Below, piece by piece: positions 58,560 to 64,000 of a DNA stretch of 64,000 nt; positions within the stretch are counted from its first letter, which is position 1, and each line of letters begins with the position of its first letter. The stretch comes from Candidatus Hydrothermarchaeum profundi (GTDB lineage Archaea > Hydrothermarchaeota > Hydrothermarchaeia > Hydrothermarchaeales > Hydrothermarchaeaceae): positions 224,001-288,000 of the forward strand of contig MTMF02000009.1 of assembly GCA_002011125.2 (NCBI GenBank). The letters run 5' to 3'. Below the pieces are notes generated by a model. The model was not told the origin of the DNA, did no database searches, and saw only the letters and a program-made list of their open reading frames with translations. A program made the position numbers and the translations under genes.

Positions 58560-58814
58560 ATGGATTATAATTTGCTGGGTTTCATTAAGGCCAGTAAGCA
58601 TAGGGAGGATATCGTAAAAATTCTAGAGGAGGAGATACTTACTCCAACAGAAATATCAAATAGACTTAACCTGCATACTTCTCAGGTTAGTAGATATCTT
58701 TCAGAATTAGTTGGGAAGGGGGTAGTCCAAGTATTAACGCCTAATTTAAGAAAGGGAAAAGTATATTCTCTTACCGAAGAAGGTAAAAAATGTCTAAATA
58801 GTCTCAAAAGGTGA
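58560..58814 (+). CDS. Winged-HTH regulator
   Basis: TPTEIS...SQVSRYLSEL...YSLTEEG. Confidence 0.85.
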   Translation: MDYNLLGFIKASKHREDIVKILEEEILTPTEISNRLNLHTSQVSRYLSELVGKGVVQVLTPNLRKGKVYSLTEEGKKCLNSLKR

Positions 58815-59719
58815 CTTTGATGAAAAGAAAGGGCACAAAAACCAGTAGATTCGGCGTGTCTAAAAGAGAGAGCCATGACTCGGCCTTATTCTATAGTAGC
58901 AGATTATATGAAGATTTCAAAATAGATGAGAAAAAACCTGAAGTCGAGAACCCGATAAGCGAGGATGTACTGGACAAGGTTTTGTGTCAGGATAGCCGAG
59001 ACATGAGCAATATCCCGGATTCAAGTGTGCATCTGATGGTTACCTCTCCTCCTTACAATGTTTCTAAGGAGTATGATAGGGATTTAACCATGGAGGAGTA
59101 CGCCGAATTATTAAGGGATGTTTTCACTGAAACATATAGGGTATTAGTTAGTGGGGGCAGGGTTTGTGTAAATATCGCCAATGTTGGTAGGCGGCCCTAT
59201 ATTCCTTATCATAGCTTTATCATCAACATAATGCTGGACATCGGGTTTCTAATGAGAGGAGAGATTATCTGGAATAAAAACGCTAGCGCCGGGACTTCTA
59301 CCGCATGGGGTAGTTGGAAATCGGCGTCTAATCCTACCCTAAGAGATATTCATGAGTATATCTTGGTTTTCTCGAAGGATAAGTTCACGAGAAAAAAAGG
59401 GAAAAAAGAGAGCACGATAACACGGGAAGAGTTCCTTGAGTTTACTAAAAGTATCTGGGAATTCCCTGCGGAGTCAGCAAAAAAAGTAGGGCATCCTGCC
59501 CCATTCCCTGTGGAATTACCCTACCGGTGCATACAGCTCTATACCTTTAAAGATGAAGTGGTCTTAGACCCCTTCTGCGGCGTGGGGACTACATGTGTTG
59601 CTGCAGTAAAAGCTAATAGGCACTTCATAGGACTAGATAACAACCCGGAATATGTAAAAAAGGCAAATAAGAGAATAAAGAAATATTTAGCCCAGACCTC
59701 CTTACCAGCATTTCAATAA
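58811..59719 (+). CDS. Beta-class N4-C/N6-A DNA methyltransferase
   Basis: VTSPPY precedes HPAPFP...VLDPFCGVGTT. Confidence 0.92.
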   Translation: MTLMKRKGTKTSRFGVSKRESHDSALFYSSRLYEDFKIDEKKPEVENPISEDVLDKVLCQDSRDMSNIPDSSVHLMVTSPPYNVSKEYDRDLTMEEYAELLRDVFTETYRVLVSGGRVCVNIANVGRRPYIPYHSFIINIMLDIGFLMRGEIIWNKNASAGTSTAWGSWKSASNPTLRDIHEYILVFSKDKFTRKKGKKESTITREEFLEFTKSIWEFPAESAKKVGHPAPFPVELPYRCIQLYTFKDEVVLDPFCGVGTTCVAAVKANRHFIGLDNNPEYVKKANKRIKKYLAQTSLPAFQ

Positions 59720-60265
59720 CGTCACCATAACTTAAGAAGGAAGGGGATGCATGTTAGAAAGCCAACTATTGGCAGCCTTTTTTCGAGGCATTGCTCGTTA
59801 TAGTATTAGGTGAGTTAGTAAAGGGATAAGAAGACCAAAGTTGGAAATAGACTTTCAAGAAGTTGATGGTTTTTAAAGCCCTACATTCATGAATTTGATG
59901 CAGACTAAAAAGCTTCAATTCTTACAGAGGAAGATGTTTGTTATCCCAAGTTAAGAGGAATACACCCAGGGGTTAAAAAATGAAGGAAAAACTCCTGCTA
60001 GGAATTGCGCCGCAAAATTAAGAATATGGCGAGGTGAAAGGCTAGAGCCTATAATAGTAATTCTAGGGTAGTTATTTACACATGATATATTACTTCAGGC
60101 TTTATCTTATACTAAAAAGAGGAGGAAAAGGATTAAACCAATCACGATTTATCCCGGAGACGGAGAATTTCTAGATTTTTTAATTTTAGACTACGATGAA
60201 CTTCAGGACCCTAATACCTTCAAAAAATAGGTAAGAATCATGCTCAAATTGAAAGATTTTAATAG

Positions 60266-60339
60266 TGCGGTGGGCGAGATTTGAACTCGCGACCATTAGA
60301 TCTTCAGTCTAACGCTCTCCCAGGCTGAGCTACCACCGC
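60266..60339 (-). tRNA. tRNA-Phe(GAA), no intron, CCA not encoded
   Basis: GCGGTGG TAGCTCAGCCTGGGAGAGC G TTAGA CT-GAA-GA TCTAA TGGTC GCGAG TTCAAAT CTCGC CCACCGC A. Confidence 0.97.
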
Positions 60340-60407
60340 ATATATCGTTTTTTCATCGGAAAAGTTTAAATAATTTTCGAGTGGTCTAGGAAAAAATCTC
60401 TTCTACT

Positions 60408-60866
60408 TCAGATATATCTTACCATTCTTATCCATATCCCCCATTTCTCTAACTCTTTGAATCCTAACTCCTTGTAAAACTTTTTGGCCTCCTCATTTTT
60501 TTCCCCTACCCAGAGTTCACAGATCTTTCTTCCTTTTTTTCGAGAATATTCTATACATTTCTCAATTAGTTCCCGGCCAACACCTGACCGCCTATACCTA
60601 GGTAAGACTATCACTTCATGTATCTCGCCTACTTCCACTTCTTCGAAAGGACTCTTCCAATTTGTATCGCATGCTATAAACCCTATTGGCTCGCCCTTTA
60701 TAACTGCCTTATAAAAACCGTCCCTATCCCTCTTTAACAGCCAGCGGAAATAGCTTTTGATGCTCTTAGTCGTCGTGTAGGCATATTCTTCTAGTCCCTT
60801 GTAAGCTTTACGATATACTTCGATGAACTCTTTGACATCTGACTCGCTAACATTTTGGATTTCCAC
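60408..60866 (-). CDS. GNAT acetyltransferase
   Basis: V.PRYRRSGVG, N..A.KFY..LGF. Confidence 0.9.
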   Translation of the reverse strand: MEIQNVSESDVKEFIEVYRKAYKGLEEYAYTTTKSIKSYFRWLLKRDRDGFYKAVIKGEPIGFIACDTNWKSPFEEVEVGEIHEVIVLPRYRRSGVGRELIEKCIEYSRKKGRKICELWVGEKNEEAKKFYKELGFKELEKWGIWIRMVRYI

Positions 60867-60896
60867 AGGAGTAATTTTATATCCATATTCTTTTAA

Positions 60897-61880
60897 GTGT
60901 ATCCTATGGATTCTCTGGAGTTACTTCAAAAGCTAGTGGATATACCCTCACCTTCAGGACAAGAGGATGAACTTCTACACTTCATTTCACGCTATCTAGA
61001 AGAGAAAAATATGGACTACAAAATAGAGGGTAAAAACCTAGTAATCGACGCCCAGAGAGACATGTGGATTGTTACTCATCTAGACACCGTTCCAAAGAAG
61101 ATGGATTTCTATTTTGACGGAGTATATGCCTATGGTACTGGTGTTTGCGATGCAAAATCTTCGGTTGCTGCTATCCTAATCGCTTTAAGCGAGATAAACT
61201 CTTTAAACTTTGGAATAGCTCTGCTGTGCGATGAAGAGGAGGGAGGAAAAGGGAGTCTAGAGTTTGCTAAGCGCTATAGGGGTAAAGCCATCGTTATGGA
61301 GCCTACTGACTTTAGGATTGCTGTCGACCATTATGGGGGTATAGATGTTTCTGTCAATATTAAAGGAAAAGCTTCTCACGGTTCTTATCCTGAGTATGGG
61401 ATTAACGCGATAGATAAAGCTATAGAAATGACTAAGAAATTAAATGAGTTAAAGCTTCCGGGTAAGATGAGCTTTATTGAGATTAGAGGGGGAGACGGCC
61501 AGCATGTAATACCGGAAGAATGTTTCCTTAGAATAGACTTTGCATTACCTCCTAAAATTAAGGCTGAAGAGTTTTTTACGCTGGTAGAAGGAACATTGAA
61601 GGAATACGGAGACTTTAAGATAGAAGAGTTCTACGATGGGTATGAGGAGGACTCCTTTGATTTATTTGAGGAAGCTTTAAAGCGCAGTGACGTTAGTGCA
61701 GACTACGTTGAGATGCATTCTTGGACGGATGCTATAAATCTGAAGAATGCTGGATGGAATGCTATTGTGTGGGGTCCTGGAGAGCTTTACCGCTGCCATA
61801 CACCATTAGAACGAGTTAAACTCCAAGAGATAGAGAAGGCGTCTAGAGTTTTAGTCAATTTCAATGAGATCTTAAAATAG
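60897..61880 (+). CDS. M20-family metallopeptidase/deacetylase (ArgE/LysK-like)
   Basis: HLDTV, DAK, DEE.GG, G..SHG, WGPG...H...E. Confidence 0.88.
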   Translation: MYPMDSLELLQKLVDIPSPSGQEDELLHFISRYLEEKNMDYKIEGKNLVIDAQRDMWIVTHLDTVPKKMDFYFDGVYAYGTGVCDAKSSVAAILIALSEINSLNFGIALLCDEEEGGKGSLEFAKRYRGKAIVMEPTDFRIAVDHYGGIDVSVNIKGKASHGSYPEYGINAIDKAIEMTKKLNELKLPGKMSFIEIRGGDGQHVIPEECFLRIDFALPPKIKAEEFFTLVEGTLKEYGDFKIEEFYDGYEEDSFDLFEEALKRSDVSADYVEMHSWTDAINLKNAGWNAIVWGPGELYRCHTPLERVKLQEIEKASRVLVNFNEILK

Positions 61881-61885
61881 TTGTT

Positions 61886-62980
61886 TTATTCAAAGACTAG
61901 TATCGACGCTGACAAATTTCCGTAGAGTATATTAAATTTCTTCTTTGGTTCAACGTCAAATAATTCAGGCCGTGCTGTGAGGACTACTGCGCGCTTCCAG
62001 AGTTTATCTCTAAAAAGATTCTGCTCGAATTTATTATATAGTCTGATTATTTTACGCTTGCTTCCAATCCGAAGCCCGAATGGAGGATTTGTTATAATAT
62101 TATCATAGCTGAGCTTTACTTTAGTAGCATCACAGGTGAAAAAGTCTAAATCCACTCCTATACGCTCAGCATTCTTCTTTGCTCCTTCAATATGCTTAGG
62201 TGAAATATCACAGCCAGAGATAGAGAGTTCCTGTTTTCTTATCTCCTCCTCAACTTTTGATGCGATATGTTTGTAATCTTCGTGCGGAAGAAACCTAAGA
62301 CCCCAAAACAAAAAAGTATTCTTGCGAAAAAGGTTAGGTATTTTACATGCATATCGAGCTGCCTCAATACATATTGTTCCAGAACCGCAGAAAGGGTCGA
62401 ATAGACTTTCCTTAGTGTCCCATTCCGCTATTCTAACGAGGGAGTAAGCTATCGTTGATTTTAAAGAGGCGGGATGCTGATATACTCGGTACCCTCTCCT
62501 ATGGAGACTTTCTCCGGTGGTATCTATACCCACTAGTAATTCATTTCCTCGGGCCTCGACGATGATTACAACATCTGGAGAGTCTAAATCTACTTTAAGA
62601 CGTCTGCCTTTTTCCTCTTTATATGCATCAATTACCGCCTGACCAGCGACTCTTGCAAGATCAACTGAAGTGAAACTGTGTTTTCCTGTTCTACTGGCTC
62701 TAACTGCAAACTTCTGATCATCTGCGATATATTCCGAGAAACTAATGCTTTTGATAGAAATATATATTTCCTTTAAATCCTCAAATATCGTCTTTAATAG
62801 GAGGATTATTACTCTGTGGAGAGAATTTGAACAGTAATTTAGAGTAAGTATGTCCTCGGGTCTTCCGTGCATCTCGAGCCGTCCCTCACCCTTAACCTTT
62901 GCGTTTGCTCCAGTAAGCTCTCTAATCTCTTTACTTGCGATATATTCTATACCTCTCTCTGTTGTGAGGAGAAAATCCAT
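61886..62980 (-). CDS. trm14: THUMP-domain tRNA m2G6 methyltransferase
   Basis: THUMP region, SLHRRGYR, DPFCGSGT, TNPPFG. Confidence 0.85.
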   Translation of the reverse strand: MDFLLTTERGIEYIASKEIRELTGANAKVKGEGRLEMHGRPEDILTLNYCSNSLHRVIILLLKTIFEDLKEIYISIKSISFSEYIADDQKFAVRASRTGKHSFTSVDLARVAGQAVIDAYKEEKGRRLKVDLDSPDVVIIVEARGNELLVGIDTTGESLHRRGYRVYQHPASLKSTIAYSLVRIAEWDTKESLFDPFCGSGTICIEAARYACKIPNLFRKNTFLFWGLRFLPHEDYKHIASKVEEEIRKQELSISGCDISPKHIEGAKKNAERIGVDLDFFTCDATKVKLSYDNIITNPPFGLRIGSKRKIIRLYNKFEQNLFRDKLWKRAVVLTARPELFDVEPKKKFNILYGNLSASILVFE

Positions 62981-63043
62981 TTAGCTCTACCTTAAAAAAT
63001 AATTTTAGTTGAGGGTATAGATAAATAGCATAAATGTTTTTTA

Positions 63044-63065
63044 CGGGCCCGACGGATTGAATACC
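63044..63065 (-). other. Possible degenerate tRNA 3'-end fragment (att-like)
   Basis: Minus strand GGTATTCAATCCGTCGGGCCCG resembles a T-arm plus the acceptor 3' strand of archaeal tRNA-Arg. Confidence 0.35.
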
Positions 63066-63217
63066 AGATGGGCAGAGGTCTGATGGATTAACTCTTCAAA
63101 CAACGTGATTTAATGTTATTTTACCACTCTAGCACCTTAAGTTCCCTCATAGATCCTGTGAACCTTATTTTAATTCTTCTTCGGGAGTTGAGACTTTGAT
63201 GTGAGCAGGTATTCTTT

Positions 63218-63601
63218 TCATTTCCTTTCTCTCACAGGTTGTCTCAATATTGTTTTCAGCCCAACAATTTCAGAGGTTATAAAGTTCGGCTGGCGAATAA
63301 GAAGTTTCCATCTCCATTCTTCAGGAGACACTTCTGTGTATGGTTTATTAGAATTAACCCACCAGAGACCTTCAAGTTTCGCAACAATAAAATCCTTTCC
63401 TTCCTTTTTCATTATCATTTTGAGACCATAAGCGAGAGAATATAGCGCACTAACTTTGGCTTGAAATTCATCACCACCGGGAGCACCTTTTCCTTCTATT
63501 GCCAGGAATCTTCCTTCCTCAATCTCAACAATTTCAGGTGCGGTTTTTGCTGTATAGTATGGTTTATATTCTTTTGTTAGATCAAGTTTTATTTTTGGCA
63601 T
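63218..63601 (-). pseudogene. GyrI-like small-molecule-binding protein with apparent internal in-frame deletion
   Basis: ALYSLAY..K, LEGLWW and WKLLIRQP are joined almost directly to the family-typical C-terminus LKTILRQPV. Confidence 0.6.
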
Positions 63602-63624
63602 AATTTCAACTCGTATTTATGAGA

Positions 63625-63936
63625 TCAGATCCATGTTCTCCAATCTACTTTTCGACTCGGATTTCCTTTCATTCTGTTGAGGTTTTTAATGCAGTCTTTA
63701 TGGTCAATCCATGTCCTCCATTTCGTGAAATTCTCAATTTTACTGCACGGAAAATCCTTACACTCAAAACACCATTTTAATCCTTTTCCAGAAACACAAC
63801 ATTTGTAAATTCTACATCCTTTGTGGTTGCTGAAATGCTTGCCTGAATGACAGCCTCCACAGCTTCCATTCTTAAATTTAACACAACCTCCGCAATACAA
63901 ACCGCAAGGTGCGGCTAAAGTTATATTTATTTTCAC
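63625..63936 (-). CDS. Cys-rich DUF3795-like protein
   Basis: APCGLYCGGC...CGGC...CRIYKCC...CFECKDFPC. Confidence 0.75.
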   Translation of the reverse strand: MKINITLAAPCGLYCGGCVKFKNGSCGGCHSGKHFSNHKGCRIYKCCVSGKGLKWCFECKDFPCSKIENFTKWRTWIDHKDCIKNLNRMKGNPSRKVDWRTWI

Positions 63937-64000
63937 TTTTAATCATATAGTTAGAGAGTCTTTAAAATTTTTTCTAAAGGCAGGGTTCGAAATTTCACTT

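Noticed and set aside
59720-60265. Gene remnants between the methyltransferase and tRNA-Phe
   Set aside because: Only short broken frames with no recognisable family; cannot be called.
50885-60270. attL/attR pair formed by TAGTGCGG at the ncRNA end and the tRNA-Phe end
   Set aside because: Only 8 bp are shared and there is no integrase; too short to support a 9-kb integrated element.
4729-63445. Numerous antisense or nested ORFs in the track (e.g. 4729..5409, 16314..16865, 25137..25988, 28326..28826, 46515..46985, 56875..57336)
   Set aside because: They overlap well-supported genes on the opposite strand or in another frame and have no motifs.
1-64000. CRISPR array, IS element, integrase, rRNA
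   Set aside because: No regularly spaced repeats, transposase or integrase motifs, or rRNA-like segments were seen.

Overview
Low-GC archaeal genomic DNA: GGAGGTGA ribosome-binding sites, TATA/BRE promoters, leaderless genes, topoisomerase VI and Trm14. The gene content suggests an anaerobic, respiring euryarchaeote-like organism; Hydrothermarchaeota is a plausible but unverified guess. Contents in order: (1) a cytoplasmic DMSO-reductase-family molybdo/tungstoenzyme operon with a duplicated, split Fe-S subunit, its own TorD-like chaperone and an atypical MoaA, followed by mobA/moeA; (2) a dimethylamine-methyltransferase-like gene (mtbB) with an in-frame amber codon at the canonical pyrrolysine site, back-to-back with a corrinoid protein / tungsten AOR / ferredoxin / class-III aminotransferase operon; (3) hyp genes and a Pst phosphate operon; (4) a Tat-exported group 1 [NiFe]-hydrogenase and a Tat-exported formate dehydrogenase with the Tat machinery; (5) birA/bioY; (6) a ~157-nt highly structured, separately promoted ncRNA that I do not recognise, just downstream of a divergent topo VI operon headed by a tiny RHH gene; (7) a toxin-antitoxin / restriction-modification patch beside tRNA-Phe. 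Several small ORFs and one 5' extension missing from the ORF track were read directly from the sequence. All family assignments come from motif recognition by eye, not database searches.
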